64,000 bases of DNA. It comes from Elusimicrobiales bacterium (GTDB taxonomy: Bacteria > Elusimicrobiota > Elusimicrobia > Elusimicrobiales > UBA9959). Below the pieces are notes generated by a model. It had not been told where the DNA came from. It made no database searches and was given only the letters and a program-made list of their open reading frames with translations. The position numbers were made by a program, and so were the translations under genes. The stretch is from the NCBI GenBank assembly GCA_041665305.1, contig JBAYJD010000002.1, positions 10,068 through 74,067 on the forward strand. The letters are read 5' to 3'. Of the stretch, positions 12,101 through 27,100 are shown one piece after another; position 1 is the first letter of the stretch, and every line of letters begins with the position of its first letter.

Positions 12101-15100
12101 GGCCGCGCGCAGCGAGAAGTTCATAGCGGCCAGGCCCTCGCTCACCGACACGGCGCCGGGATCGAAGAAGAAGCCGTAAGCGCCGGAAGGCGTAAGCCGC
12201 ACGCCGGCGCCGGGATGGACCTTCACCCGGTTATAGAACCTGTCCACCAGGTAAACCTGGGCCTGAGCGATCACGCCGGCCGTGGAAGGCCATACGCCGG
12301 GGTCGGAGAAATCCGGAACGCCGGAAACGCCGGCCTTGCCGCCGGACAGCGGTTGGCACAGGACGGCGTCGTCGCATTTGCCCTGCGTGAGCATCTGGCC
12401 GGGCAGGACAACATGGAATTTATAAGGCGCGGCGGGGCCCGTGTATACCGAGGACGAGTCGCTTACCAGGTAGCTGGTGGTGCTTACCGCGGTTATGGTC
12501 ACGGTTGATTCCGTCACAAGCGCGGGCCAGAACACGGTGGAGCCCGCCGTCAGTTGGAGCGTGGACGGATGTACATCGTAAGGATCGGAAGTTTGCAGAT
12601 ATACCTGCGTCTGTTCGCCCGTCACGATATTAAAGTAAGGATCCACCGCGCGCACCGTCACGGGGAAGGCGGCGCCCGCCGTCTGGGTGCTGACGGAACC
12701 CTGCTTGCCCAGGGCGCTGCCGGGCAGGGGCGTTTCATTAGGCAGCAGGAGCTGCAATTTTACCGGCGAGGACGAATTGACGGTGAAGTAGTCCGAATGG
12801 GCCACGGGAATGCCGTTATCCGTGTTGTTCTTGGCCATGAACCTGGCGCCCGCGCCGGTTATGGTGGAAGTGGCGCGCTTAAGGGTGAAGGTATAGTTCG
12901 TGGTCCCCGACTGGAGCGCCGTTTCCAGGAACTGCGGCAGGCCGTAGGGATCGTTCTCGATCTCCACCCGCACCACATCATTCAACGGCAGCGCGCCCCT
13001 GAGCGGGACCACGTTGTAATAATCGTCCACCGCGTTGACCGTGATGGTGTAGGGGAGGCCGGCTATCCAGGGGTCCGGCGAGCCGGTCTTGCCCGCGGCC
13101 CCGCCCGGATCCGCGGTTTCGCCCGGCAGGAGGACCTGCAGCCGCGTATGCGGCGCGGGGTTGGCGATTATGGCCGGCGAGGTGGAGGCGTTCAGGAGCG
13201 GGAAGGTGACCGATTCCGCCCGCAGCTGCCAGCCCGTGGTCGTGCTGGCCTGGATGAACCGCCAGTCCGTCAGGGAGGACCCGACGACGGTGAACACGCG
13301 GGGGTCCGGATTGACGGCGTTATCCTTCGGATCCTGGGAAAGCAGCCGGACCGAACCCGTGAAAGCCGGCGCCAGGTTCCAGAAATTATCCACGAAGCGC
13401 ACCGTCACGCTGGATTTGGTCCCCGTTATCCAGGCTTCCGGAGAGCCGGTCTTGCCGCCCGCGGTAAGGCCGAAATCATAGGGGGGCTTGCCTGGGACCG
13501 CGGTCTCGCCCTGTACAAGGAGCTGGAGCTTGGACACGGCGCCGGGGACCACCGGGATGTTCTGCGTCTCTTCCCATACGCCTCTTGAGAAGGCGCTGGT
13601 GGTGCTGAGAGCCACGACCCTGCTCAGTTTGGATTCGCCCGTCCTCAGGATGACCTGGTACGAAGTCGTTCCACCGACGAGGTAAAGGGCCGTGGACACG
13701 GCCGTGGCGTACTGGTCGTCGTAGATCGTCCCGGCGGGGTTGAACGAAACCTGGACCAGGGCGGCGGTCGAAGTGTCCCAGTTATAGGAATTATCCACGG
13801 CGTAAACCGTCACCGTGGAGACGGAGCCGGCGGTCACCTGGGCGGGCGCAAAGCCCGCTTTCTTGCCCATGGACGCCGCGTTGCCTTCCTCAAGAACTTC
13901 GCCGTAAGCGAGGATGATAAGGCGGTCGGCCGGCGCGCCCTGCACGGGCACGGCTGTGGAAACGGAGTCGGAGTAGAAGGAGCCCTCGCCGGTGGAAGCG
14001 GTTATATTCCAGCCGTCGGGGTTCCCCGAAGGAATGCCGTCGCCCTTATAATTGCGGGTGTGCAGGATAGCGCCCGTAAAGCCGGCCTTGCCGTTCGTCG
14101 TCGCGGACGAAGGCAGCAGCCTGAGGTCGTCGAAGGGATCGTTGGAGGAAAGCCTGATCGTGGAAGCGGCGTTCTGCTTCCTGTTGAAATAAGCGTCGGT
14201 GACCTTTACCTCCACGGTAAAGTTGCCGCCGGCAGTCCTGGTGGAGGCCGAGCCGGAATAGCCCAGGGCGCTGCCCGGGTCGAAGGTGAGCCCGGGCACA
14301 AGGGCAAGCAGTTTCACGGCGGCCCCGGCCGTCACGCTTATGGACGGGGAGACCGACGGCGACAGGTATGAGCCGTTGGAGGTGGAGGCCGTCACCCGCC
14401 ACGGGCCGGTGGAAATATCCGGGTCGTCCGTAGCCGTCCTGAACACCAGGTCGAAGGTGGTGGCTCCTGCCAGGAGATTGCGCACCGGCGGCGGCACGGA
14501 GTAAGGGTCGGTGGTCTGGACTCGCACCGCGGTATCCGTGGATATAAGGTTGTAGAACCGGTCCACCGCCCTTACCGTTACGGTGGACGCCGTTCCGGCG
14601 ACGGCGGTTTCAGGCGCGCCAAGTTTGCCCCCTCCCGGCTCGTTTCCGGGATCGTAGGTTTCGCCGGGCATGGTGACCAGCAGCCTGTCCGTGGTGGTGG
14701 CCGAGACCACTATGTAAGGGGAAGTCGAGGGCGCGACCGAGAGGGCGCTGCCCGCCGTGGTGGAGGCGTAGATCTTCCAACCGGGCGAGGTGTTGGCTAT
14801 CTTGAAGTAGAAGTTGTCGAAAGTATCCTGGCCCGTAGCCAGCGCTTTACTGAGCGGCACGCTGGCGTATTTGTCATCGGTCAGGATCTTTACCGAGGGC
14901 ACAGAGGCGGGGCTGTAGATCCTGTTATAATAGGCGTCCACAAGCCTCACAGCAAGGGTCATGGAGGACCCGGCCGCCTGCATGGCGGCGGGATCCGGTG
15001 TCTTCCCGCCTCCGGCGACATTGCCGGGCTGGAAATTCTCGCCGGGAACGGCCATAAGCAGCGCGACGGGCGTGTTGGGGTTGACCGGCACATTGGAAGA

Positions 15101-18100
15101 GGTGCCGAAGAGAATATCGTAATTATTGTTCTGCCTGGCTATCACGCGGCTCACTGTCAGCGTGTCGGTGGAAGTTTTAGGAACGATGGTGAACTGGCGG
15201 TATCCGACCGAAAGCTGCGTGGCGGCGGGCTCGGAGTCGAACTGGTCGTCGGTGATAACGGTTATCTCGGCGTCCGTGGAGACCCTGTTATAATAGCGGT
15301 CCACGGCGCGAACATCGGCGGAATACGCGACGCCGGCCGTCCGGACGGACGGGGCGCCCTGTTTGCCGCCGGGGCCTCCGGGATAATATGTTTCCCCGGG
15401 CAACAGCACCTGCAACTGATAATAACTGGAGGCGTTCACCGTAAGGGCGCCGGTGGTGAAAGCGTCGAAACCGGGGACTACGGTGCTTACATGCAGTCTG
15501 ACGGTATTGGTCGCAAAATTAAGGGTAAAGGGCGTACTTCCCAGACCGTTGTTAAGATCGATATTGTCGGGATCCGTTTCCGGGGCGGCGCCGGGGTTTT
15601 CCAGCACATTGAAGAATACCGTCGGAGCATTGCCCGCGCCGCCTTTGTGTTCGATAAGGTTGTAGTTCGAGTCCACAGCTCTGACCACGGCGTTGAACTG
15701 GACGCCGGCGGTCTGGGCGGCGGGCGCGCCGTTGGTATTGCCGAGACCGGGGATATAGATCTGCGGGTCCAGGGTGAGCAGCAGTTTGCAGGCCCCCGCC
15801 GCGCAATTCTCGTCGTCGTTCACGGTAAGCGCCGCCGAAGAGACGGCCAGGGCGCCTCCGGACATCTCGGCCGTCACGCGGCTGGCCGACGGCGCCGTGG
15901 CTTCTCCCGCCAGCGAGGTCCTCTCCGTCTTCATGATCAGGGTAAACGAGGTCGTTCCGCCGGAACCGGAGTCGGTCAGGGGCGTGGCGCGGCTCAGGGC
16001 GAAGGTATCTCCGACCGCGTCCGCCTGGTCGTCCGGGGTATAAACGCCGACCGTAGGCGCGGAGGCTACCATATTACCCCAGTTATCCGTCACATCCACG
16101 GTAACGGTGAACGGCAGGCCCGCCGTCTGCTGCTCAAGCGTCCCGGTCCTTCCGGCGGTGGTGCCGGGAGCTCTTTGCTGGCCCGGGGCCAGCAGGCGCA
16201 GGCTGGTGGGCACATTGGGCCTGAGCAGGGCTTCCGGCGTCTGATAAGAATTGCTGTTCAAACCGGTCGCGGAAACCGTGAAGGCGCGGCGCGTGCCGGT
16301 GGAGACGACGGCGGTGTAAAGCGGCAGATTGAACACGGTGGAGCTGTTCTGCAAGGTTTGTATGATGGGCGCGGCGTTAGGGTCGCCCGGAGTCAGGGTC
16401 ACCTGGAGGCCGTTGTCGTTCACCGGGTTAAAGAAGGCGTCCACGGCGAGTACCGTGACCTGGGTGGAAACTCCGGCCGTCCAGTCGGCCAGGTCCGTAA
16501 GCTGCGAGGAGGTTTTTCCGCCCCATGGATTGCCGGGCGCGCCGCCGGCGCCGTAGGGAGCTTTGCCGGAATTAAGGCTTTCTCCGGGCATAAGGACCAG
16601 CAGCCTGTCCACGGAACCGGCGGCAACGGTCACGGGACGGCTTACGCCGCTCTTAAGCGGGTCCGCGCCGGGAGAGGTGGACACGGTTATCTGCCAGGAG
16701 CCCTGGGAAACCAGCGCGGCGTTAAAGTTGGTCGTGCCCGAGAACATCGGCCTTTCCGAAAAGCCGGTTTCGGAATCGTTGGGGTCCAAGGTCACCCCCT
16801 GCACATCGGCTGAGACATCCGTGCGCAGGTTCCAGTAATTGTCCACCGAGTAAACCCTTACCGTGAACGGCGCGCCGGCGACAGGGCCGTAGCCGGCGTC
16901 GGTGCGGCCTCCGACATAGCCGTAGTCGTAAGGCGGCTTGCCGGGGTCAGGCGTGTCGCCGGGCAGCAGCACCATCAGTTTGGCGGCGCTGGAGGAATTG
17001 ACCACCACCGGCGAAGAGGTGGTATCCGAAACAAGGGCGTTAACGCCGGTCGTTGAAACGGTAATATTATGGCTCAGGCCCTCGCCTTTATAAAGCGTAA
17101 GCTGGAACACGGTGGTGCCGGAAACCAACGGCTGGGATACGCCCACGCCGGAGGCGTAAGGATCGGAAGCGGCCGAAAGCGAAACGGTAGGATTGGTGGC
17201 GGTAACTATGTTCCAGTAATCGTCGGTGACATCCGCCGTAACCGGGAACGCTATGCCGGCGATCTGGTTTGAAACCGTACCGGTCCTGCCGGCGGCGGAG
17301 CCGGGATCGGCGGACTGGACGGGCACAAGCACCCGCAGTTTGGTCGGATTGTTGGGGTTGACGGTTATTCCCCTGGTCGCTGGAGACACGATAGCCGAAG
17401 TCCACGGGCCGGAATAAGGAGCGCTGCCGCCGGCGCCGGTGGCTTCTATCACCGCGTAATTGGCGCCCGCCTGGGCTCTCTTCAGGGTGACCGTTTTCGT
17501 GCCGGTACCGTTTATCAGCGTCATGGAAGGCCCGCCGGTAAACACGGCGTAAGGATCGCCCCTGACGCCGAGCGTCACGGAAACATTGTTGGCCGGCACC
17601 ACATTCCAGTTGTCGTCCACGGCCCGGACCGTGATGGAGAAACTCACGCCCGCAGTGGAGACCGAAGGCGCGGCGGCCATGTCTTTTCCATTGGGAGAAC
17701 CGGGCAGCGCGGCCTCGCCCGGGACCAGGACCTGCAATTTGGTGCCGTTGCCGGGATTGACCAGAACGCCGCCGACGGCGTCCGAAACATAGTTGGAACT
17801 GGAGGTGGTCGCGACCGCCACGGTCCAGCCGGCGCCGGTATTGGCGGTCTTGAAGGTATGGGCTTTCTGAGTCTCATACCCGGGACTGGAGACCGTGCCC
17901 GTCTCATCAATGTCGTAGGTATCGCCTGTCGTGATCACAAAGTTCGCGGAAGGGTACCCCGCCGCCGGAGTGTTGAAATAACTATCCACCAGCTTGACCC
18001 GCGCGAAACCGGCGGCTGAAACGCCGGCGGTGGAGACGACCGGCGTCCCGGTCCTGCCGGTCGCCGAGCCGGGCGATTCGGCCTGGCCGTCGAGTATAAG

Positions 18101-21100
18101 CTGGAGCCTGGCGGGGACATTGGGGTCCACGCTGAACTCGTCGGAATCGTTCAGCGTAAAGCCGTCGCCTATGGCCTCCAGCTTCCAGCCTGAGACGGCG
18201 GCCCTGAGCGAGAAGGTGAAATCCGTGGCGCCGGCAAGGAGCGTCTGGCTCCGGGCCGGAGTTATATCCCCGGCGGCGCCGGAAGGACGGACCGGCATAA
18301 GCGTGACCTGGGTATCGGAGGACACGGGGTTCCAGTAAGAGTCCACGGACATGACCCGGACGGTGAACGGGTCTCCGGCCTTAGGCGTTCCGGACGCGAA
18401 GGCCGTGCCGGTCTTCCCGCCTTCGGTCCCGATGAACGAAACGGCCGTGCCGTTAGCCGCCTGGGGTCTGGAAGGCTCTATGGGGGAATTCCATCTGCCG
18501 GGCGCCGAAACCTGGTCGGGCAAAAGAACAAGGAGCTGGGACGCCGGCAGGGCGCTGAGCGTGAAGGTAGAGGAAACATTGTCGGCGAACAGCGAGCCGG
18601 GCGCGTCCATGTTCCTGGCCCGCAGGGCGGCGTCGGAGCGGGCGTTGTACATTTTTACGCGCTGCGCGGTGGTCCAATTGGCCCAGCCGTTAGCGCCCAG
18701 GACTATCGCCGAGGAAAGGACCACATAATCATTGGCGTCGTTGGATTCTATGCGCACGGTCGGAGTGGCCTGCGCGACCGTATTCCACTGCGCATCCACC
18801 AGGTGCACCCAGGCATTTATGCCCTGGCCCGCAGTCTGGGCGTCCGTAACCCCGGTCTTTCCCGAAACGGAGCCGGGAACGCGGGTTTCACCCGGCAGCA
18901 TTATCTGGAGGCCGGCCGGCGCGCCGGCGGAAACTGTCCCGATAGAGGCGGTCTGGGTGGAAAGTTTCGTGAATGCGCTCATGTCCCGGCTGTAAACCTG
19001 GAGCGCCGGGATATCCACATCCCCGGAGTAAAGATGGGTATACGGCGCCCGTCTCTTGGGCGTGTACGCCGAAAAGCTCCTTGAGCCTGAAATAAGGTCG
19101 CCATTGGGGTACGCGGTGGCGTACGGATCGTTACTGCCTATGTTGACCGTTCTTGTTTCATCCGTCGCGATATTCCAGTAAGGGTCCACGGCCCTTACCG
19201 TTATGACCGAGGCCAACGGCGCGCCGGCGGTGAGCGGAGAGGTCGGGGAGCCGGTCTTGCCGGAGGCGTTGAAAATGCCTTCCACCCCCGTTTCACCAGG
19301 CATCACCAGTTGCAGCGCCACCGGCGAAGTGGAGCGCACCGGCACATTGCCCACGGAATTGGTATTATAGGCCGTCCCGGCCCCGCCGGTATCATAGGCG
19401 CTTATGGTCCAGCCGGAGGTTTTCCGGGTGACCATCCGCATCTGGAACACCCCCGTTCCGTCTTTCAGCACCGTGAGGGCCGGCCCGTAATTCCAGTTAG
19501 GCGTCTGTTCCGCGCCGCACAACGCGGTATTGCCGTCGTACGGGTCTTCGGTGCAGAACCTGACTTCGGGCATCACGGCCTGCTCTTTCGAGATAAAAGG
19601 ATTCGAGCCGGGAACCACATTATAGTACTGGTCCGTCAGATTTACGGTCACTGAAGAAACCATGCCCGCGCTCAGGGTGGAAGGATTCAGGCCTATCTTT
19701 CTTCCGCCATTGGCCGTATTGCCGGGCTGGGCCTGCTGGCCTTCGGCTATGATTTGAAGGTTCACGGGAACATTAGGATAAACCGTTAGCGGATTGGGCG
19801 TGATATACCAGGTATTAGGCGCCGTCAGGACATACGGCGCGTCGGCCTCCACCCGCTGCGGGCCCGCCGTAAGGAAGGTGACATGAAAAACAGTGGTCCC
19901 CGAGACCAGCGGCTGGGAAGCCGCGGCCACGGCAAAGCCGTCATCCGGCAGCTTAAGGTCCGTCTCGAAGGTGGAACCGGGGTCGGTGTTATAATACTCG
20001 TCGACGGCGAACACGGCGACGGTGGAGCTTTGTCCGGCCAGCCAGGGGTCCGGCGTCCCGGATTTTCCCACCGGCGCCGTATTCTTGCCCTGAACGCGGG
20101 TTTCTCCCGGCAGGACCACTATCATTTTGTTGGCGGACCCCGCGGCCACGGTTATCTGACTGGAAGGATTGGCGGTCGGCGGCGCGCCGGCATAACCGGA
20201 AGCAGAAGCCGTATGGGAGCCCGCGGAAAGAAGAGTAGCGTTGACCGTGGTGGAACCGACGAAGGTAATCGCGCCCGGATCGGTATCGTAGGGATCCGAA
20301 GTGGTAACCGTGGTGGTGGTGGACTGGTACACCAGATTCCAGTATCTGTCGGTGAACTGCACTGTAAGACCGGTATTCTCACCTGCCGGTCTCGGCGACA
20401 TCTGGCTTCCGCTGCGACCGGCGTGGGCGGTCATTTTTCCTGGTTCATGAGTTTCCCACGGGGCTAATATCATTATCCTGTCGGGAGCGACGGCATTGAC
20501 GGTCAGATCCACCATGCCGACGATAAGTCCGTCCACAACTTTTAAGCGGCGCGTAATGCCATCGCGGGAAGCCCGTCTTAATCTGAGCTGACCGTCGAAC
20601 TTTTTAACGCCATCATTTTCAGCGGGGAAAATTTCGGTCTTAGGCAGGCCATAAACATCGTCCACTAAATTATCGGGGTCCGGGGTTTCCGGACCCGCCA
20701 TAGGCATTTCCTGATTGACCATAGAAAAGCTGGGCGTTCCGGTATACGCGAGGGCGAGCGCGTTCGCTGAGTCCACCGCGGTGACTTGCACACAATAATC
20801 CTGGCCTACGGCAAGAGTAGTTAAATCCGGTCCACCGCAGCCCATAGCTTTCACGGCGATATTAAATCTGGCGGCGCTTTCGGCTATCTGGATCTTGGGA
20901 CCGGGCGCTATATCTCCATCACTCTGGGTATTGCCGGCGTTATCCACGCCGCGTACCCACAGAACATAGTTTTCACCCTTTACCCACTTTACCGCAGAGT
21001 TCGCGATGGAATTATCTTCCCAGAAGGTTTCATTATTCTGGGTATTGGCGTCCACCCACAACGGTGTGGCGCCGCCCGGGCAGATGGCGGCCGTGGCCAG

Positions 21101-24100
21101 GGTCCAGGTCGAACCGTTCCACAAATAGTCGGCGCCAGGATCGCAGCCGGAAGGTCCGTAAGCCAGCGGGCCTGCGTTGATATCCTTCGTCTTGTCCATC
21201 AGTACTATTATCTGGGTTTTACCCAGATGCCAGCCGGCCGTCCTCAATATACCGGAGCCTTTACCGGAGACAAAATCAGGATCGGAAGAATTGCCCTGGA
21301 TGGTCTTGTCTGGCTGATAAGTGGAACCGTTGACCGGATCGGTGATATAAAAATTAGCCGAGCCGGGAGCGGTAGAATCGTATAGGAAATAGTTGCTCGA
21401 GACGCTGGTCTGAACATTCCCCACCGCGTCGGTGCCGGAGGAAACCACAACATAGTGCTTGCCTCCGCTGAAATTAAGCGCGGAAGTCGTGTAATCCCAA
21501 GTGCTTTGATAAATATGGTTCTGTAGAATGGACTGCCATGACGGACAGACGCCGCTGAAGCCGGAACCCGGTACGAAACACGGCCTGCCGGGGTCGTCGT
21601 AACTCTGTATCGAAACCATGATAGAAGCTATACCGGCAGTGTCGTCGCTGTAAGTACCGACAATGGGCGGGATCTTTCTGGCGTGTCCCGTCACACCGTT
21701 ATAAGCCTGATTATTAAGCGGGACCGTAGGAGCGGTCAAAGGCGGAGTATTATCATAAACGAAGGTGGAGCCTGTGATATAGAAAGAATTCATGTTCCCG
21801 GCGTTGTCCAAAGCCCTTGAGGTTATGTAATAAGAGGTTCCGGATGCCAGGTAAGCGGAGGTCAATCCGCCGTAGCTCCACGGATCTCCGGTCGGTGTGA
21901 AACCCTGGGGCGAAGCATTGCTGAAGCTGCCGCCGCTCCACCAGAGGCCGGTATGATTATTACGGATAGCGACCTCCACTCTGTTTACGCCGGAGCCGCC
22001 AAGGCCGTCCGTGACGGAATCGTTGGAGGTCCCGGTTATTACGGACAGGGTAGTTATAGTTGAGCCGCTGACCGGGGCTGTCACATTTGAGAGCGGCGCG
22101 ATATTGTCATACCTGAAACTTGCGGTGGAATAAGAAGAGCTGAAGTTCCCGGCCTGGTCCTCGGCTTTTATTTCCACGCGGTATGTATTCCCGCTGGACA
22201 GGCCGGACATGCTCTGCGTACTGACCCAGTTCTGCCATGAGTTAGTGGTGCCGGCCGTGAACCAGGCGGATTCCGGGGCTATCGGTTCAAAAGATTGACT
22301 GGACCTGTCCCAATATCTGGTCTGGACATTGTCGTAAATGCGGACATGCACGGCCTTTATGGAACCGGGCAAGGTATCCGACGGAATGCCGTAGATCTGG
22401 GTCAGCAGGGGATTCCTGTTATACAGGGTGGCGCCGCCGGCGCTGGCCGGAGGCTCGGTTATAACGGCCTGGGGGTTCGTCACATCGAAGGTGAACGACG
22501 AACCCGCGGAAATAGTGGTCTGGGTGTTCGCTGCCACATCGTAAGCCCTGGATTCCACGGTATACGACAGACCGTCCTGAAGGCCGTTGACATTATCGGA
22601 CGGAGGCAGTCCGGCGCTCTTGCACCATTTTCCCGCCGCGCCGCAGGCCGCCGCGCCGTAACCCGCGCTAAGCCAGGTGGTTTCGCTTTCCGCGGCCCAG
22701 ATGGAGCCGTTCCAGTACTGCAGATCGCCCGCGCGCCGGATCCGGACATTCGCGCCCGCCACGGTGGAAGGATTGGGGTTCGGGTCCAGCGCCGTTCCCG
22801 AAACGGAGGCCAGGGAATTGACAAAAGCTCCGGTCACCGGGGCCTCCACATCGCTCAAAGGCGCCAGGGTATCATACCGCACGGTGACGGGGGACGGCAT
22901 AGTAAAATTGTTCCCCGACATGTCGCGCACACGCGCATTGATCTCGTAGTTAAGCCCGTTCTGCAGGGGAGGCGAGGGGTAAGTCCAGACATAGTCCACC
23001 GGACCGCCGGTCAAAGTGGCGGCGGAAAGCCATTTTTCCGTGGTGGCGGAGAAAGTGGAAACGCCGTCGTACCAGGCGTTCACCCCCGCTTCTTTAATGG
23101 AAACGGACGCGGCGGCCACGCCGAACTGGTCCGAAGCCGTGCTCTGTATCGTAAAAGCCGCTTTTAAATTGGCGCCGGAGACAGGCAAAGAAGGCGGATA
23201 GGTGATAGTCAGACCCGGCCCCGTGTAATCGTAGGTGAAGGTTATGGAGGAAACCACCGTTTCAAGATTGCCTCCGGGCCGCGCGGCGTCTCTCGCCCTC
23301 ACATAGACGCGGTAAACATACAGGTTGCTGAGAGGCGGCGAGTTCACGCTCCAGTTGGGAGCGGCGAACGCCGCCGCTCCGCCGGTGACCGAGGTCAGCG
23401 CGTGGAACGCGGCCGGGCACCCGGCCGCGGTAAAGGTGCCGCCGGTCACAAGGCCGTTCCAGCAGGCGTGGCCGGGTGAAACTTCTTCCATGGCTATTTC
23501 TATGTTGTCGGCCAAAGGGACGCCTGCAAGGTTATCCGCCGCCGTTCCGCCTATGGCGGTTACGGCGTTAAGCTTGCTTCCGTCGGACGGCGCGGTCACC
23601 CTCGAAACAGGCGGGGTTTTATCCACGGTGAACGCCACGGAATCCACGCCCAGGGTGAAATTCGCGTCGGAACCGTCGGAAGACGGACCCTGATTGGGCG
23701 CGACCGCGGCATCCTTGCCCCTGAACTGGACCACATAAACTCCGTCCGGAGCGAGCAGTCCGTCCAGATCTTCCTGCGAATAACTCCAGGCCGATGGAGA
23801 GCCTGAATTGGCGTTGAACCAGGCTGAGGCGGCGGGAATATTGCCGAAACTGCCGCCGCTGTGGTCCCACCATTTGCCGGTGCCCTTTTCAAGTATCCTC
23901 AGTTGCGCGCCGCCGTTCACAAGCGCCGCCAGGCCGGCGGAAGCCGCGGCGGGCCCGTCGAAAGCGAAGCCGGTTATCGGGCTGATAGAGATGTGATAAG
24001 GGCCTGGGGCCGCGCCGTTAAAAGCGGCGACGGTCCCGGTGGGCCTTGTGATATCGTAAAGGAATTTCACCTGCGGGACAAGAGTGAAAGCCTCTTCGTT

Positions 24101-27100
24101 GCCGGGAGAGTCCGTGGCTTTGGAGCGCAGCAGATACCATCTGCCGCTGGTCATAGCCGGAATCGTGAACGACCAGGTGCCGGACGACGCGCCGACAAAA
24201 TTAGTCGGATTGAAAGTTTCCGTCTGCCCTGAGAATATGGACCCGTTATAATAGTCGGTCGTGGCGCCGGTCAGCCTGCCCATGGAAACCTCGACCCGGT
24301 CGAGGGTCGAGAACAGGTCCACATCGGCCGCGGTGCCGGTAACCACGGAGAAGGCCGACAAGACTTTGGTCCCGTCCGGATCGTTCACACTGGAATGGGG
24401 GGCGACCTGGTCGTAAGTGAACCGGTTGGAACTCACGCCTACGGTGAAAAGATCCTGCTCGTTCAGGGCGGCATCTTTGGCTTTGGCGGTTATGATGAAG
24501 TAATTGCCGGTGGGCCAGGTTATCGCGCCGTAATTCCAGTTGGCGGCTGTGCCTTTCGCGGGGAACCAGCTGGAGGCGTCGCAGGCCCCGTTGAAATCGT
24601 CGAAAGCGGGCCGGTAGCACAAGCCGCCGACCTGCTGTATATTCAAGGTAATGGTGGACACGGAATAATTGTCGTAGCTCGTGCCGGAAATAGTCACCGG
24701 CGTCCGGTGGAACGAGCCGCCGGCCGGCACGGCTATCCAGGCCACGGGCTTCTCATCATCATACGCCACAGGCCCGAGGTCCTGGATCCTAAAATTACCA
24801 GCCTTGTCGGTAGTAAGGGTCCTTATCAGGTAACTCTTGCTGTTCTCAAGCGCGGGAAGGTCCCAGCCCCAGGTGTTGGGCGAAGCCGCATTGTTGTAGG
24901 CCGTGGTGGACTTGTAATTGGCGGCGTCGGAAACGCCGTTAAACGCGGTCCCGGTCCACCAGGTATAGGCCGCTCCGGCGCCGGAGGAAACGGCTATCTG
25001 CAGGCTCGCTACCGGCGAAACGGCGTCGGACGCCGTTCCGGCCAGGGCGGTAACCGCCGGGTTTATATAGGCCGGGGTGGTAAGCGCGGCGGTGGGCACG
25101 CTGAGATCAAAAGTGAAGGTGGACATAACCACCGCCGTCTGCACATTGCCGGCCATGTCGGTGGCGGAAGACTTCAGGATATAGCTGCCGCCCGAGGTCC
25201 ACGGCTGGGACGGGAAGTCATACTGCCAGCTTGAGACCGTGTTTTTGGCCGGGAACCAGGCGGGACAGGCCGCGCTGAAAGTATTAAGCGAAGGATCGTA
25301 ACAGTTGGGCGCGGCTATGGAGGTGTTCTGGAGGCTGAGGGCTATGGTTGAGACCAGGACATTATCCAGGGACCCGCCGTTTATCGCCGAGAGATTCCTG
25401 TAATAAGAATCATGAACGGGGACCGTGATGGACGCCGTGGGGACGCTGAGGTCGTAGGTGAAGGTGGAACCCCGGACATTGAAGAACGGTTCGTCGTTCG
25501 GGGGAGCCGCGGAGTCGCGGGCCCGCGTGGTGATGTAATAGGAGGTTCCGCTGGTCAGGCTGCCGGCCGGGATGGACGAATAGCTCCAGCTGTTCCCAGC
25601 CAGGACCGTAAATCTTTGCGCGGAACTGTCGAAGGACGATCCGGAGAAGGAACCGCCGGCCCACCACAGCCCGTCCGAATTCCTTCTGATGCCGATCTTC
25701 ACCTCGGCCACGGAACCGGCGTTGATGGCGCCCATATCCTGCGCCGTTCCGGAAATATCGGTCCAGGCGGAGGTTTTTATGTAAGAACCGGCGGCCGGGA
25801 CGGCGACCCCCGATTCCGGCGCCGTCACATCGTAGGTGAAGGTCATCGTGGAATAGACCGTGTCCAGGGTATCGAAATTATCCTTTGCCCTGGCCACCAC
25901 GGTGTAATTCACATCCGGCGACCAGGAGAAATCGGTGGTCCAGCCGGTCCAGAGCGCGTTGGTGGACAGCACGGTGAACCAGGCGCTGCCGCCCGGATCG
26001 GGCAGGGTGAAATTCTTTGCCGCGTTGTCCCACCACAGGTTGTCCCAGGTGTTCTCGCGGATCCTGAGCTGCACTTCTTTCACGCCCGAAGCGCCCAGGC
26101 CCGGGTCCGACGCGGTGCCGGTTATGGACGGCAGGTAGGATTTCCTGGAGGAAGAAGGCTCGACAATCCCGGCCAGCGGCGCCTGGGAATTGAAGGTCAC
26201 CGTGGCGGAGGAAAGCGGCAGGGCCTGGGAATTGCCGGCGAGGTCCAGAGCTTTCGTCGTGATCCGGTAAGCCCTGTTCTGGTACGGAACGGCTCCCGCG
26301 TACTCCCAGTAGAAGGTCCCGGCCGGGCCGCCCACAAGCGACGCCGCCACGGTCGAGACCGCGGAAATAAAGCTCGTCCCGTTCCAGTACGCGTCGTTCC
26401 CATCGAAGGTCCCGTCGACAGAGTCGCGGATCTCCACTTCCACGCGCGAACCGCCCACGCCGCTTATCCCGGCCAGGTCCCCGTTGACCGTGCCTGAAAT
26501 AACCGCCAGTTTCTCTATATATGTCCCGTCCGTCGGAACTGAGATCCTGGAGACGGGCGGCGTGGTGTCGTACACGACCTCGTAGATCGAGACGAGATTG
26601 GCTGAAAGGTCCGACGGATTGGCTGCGGGGACGGCGTTATCCTGCGCGCGGGCGCGGAAGCGGTAAACCCTGTCGGAGACCATCGCCTGAGCCAGGCCGG
26701 GCGGATTATAGGTCCAGACGCCGGAAGAGGAGCTCTGGGGCGACCAGGCGGTCGCGGACCACCAGGAATTGGTTTCATTGAGCGTGGAGGACGAGAACAG
26801 ATTGGCGTTGTCGTAGTAATAAGTGTCCCCTCCGCTCAGATAGGAGACCTGCGCCTGAATGTTTTCTTTGGCCGCGATGCCCGAATTTGTGGCGTGGTTC
26901 GGATCGTCGGCCGTGCCGCTTATGGGGGAAAGCGAGGAGATCTTCGCGTTCCAGGAGGGATAATCAATGGCAAGCAGCGGGGCGGTCTTATCCACGGTAA
27001 AGGTCACGGAGGAGCCGTTGCCCGCGAAATTAACCTGGACATTGCCGGCCTTATCGGCGGCCTCGGCCCAGATGGTATAGCCGTTGTCGTCCGTCCACTC

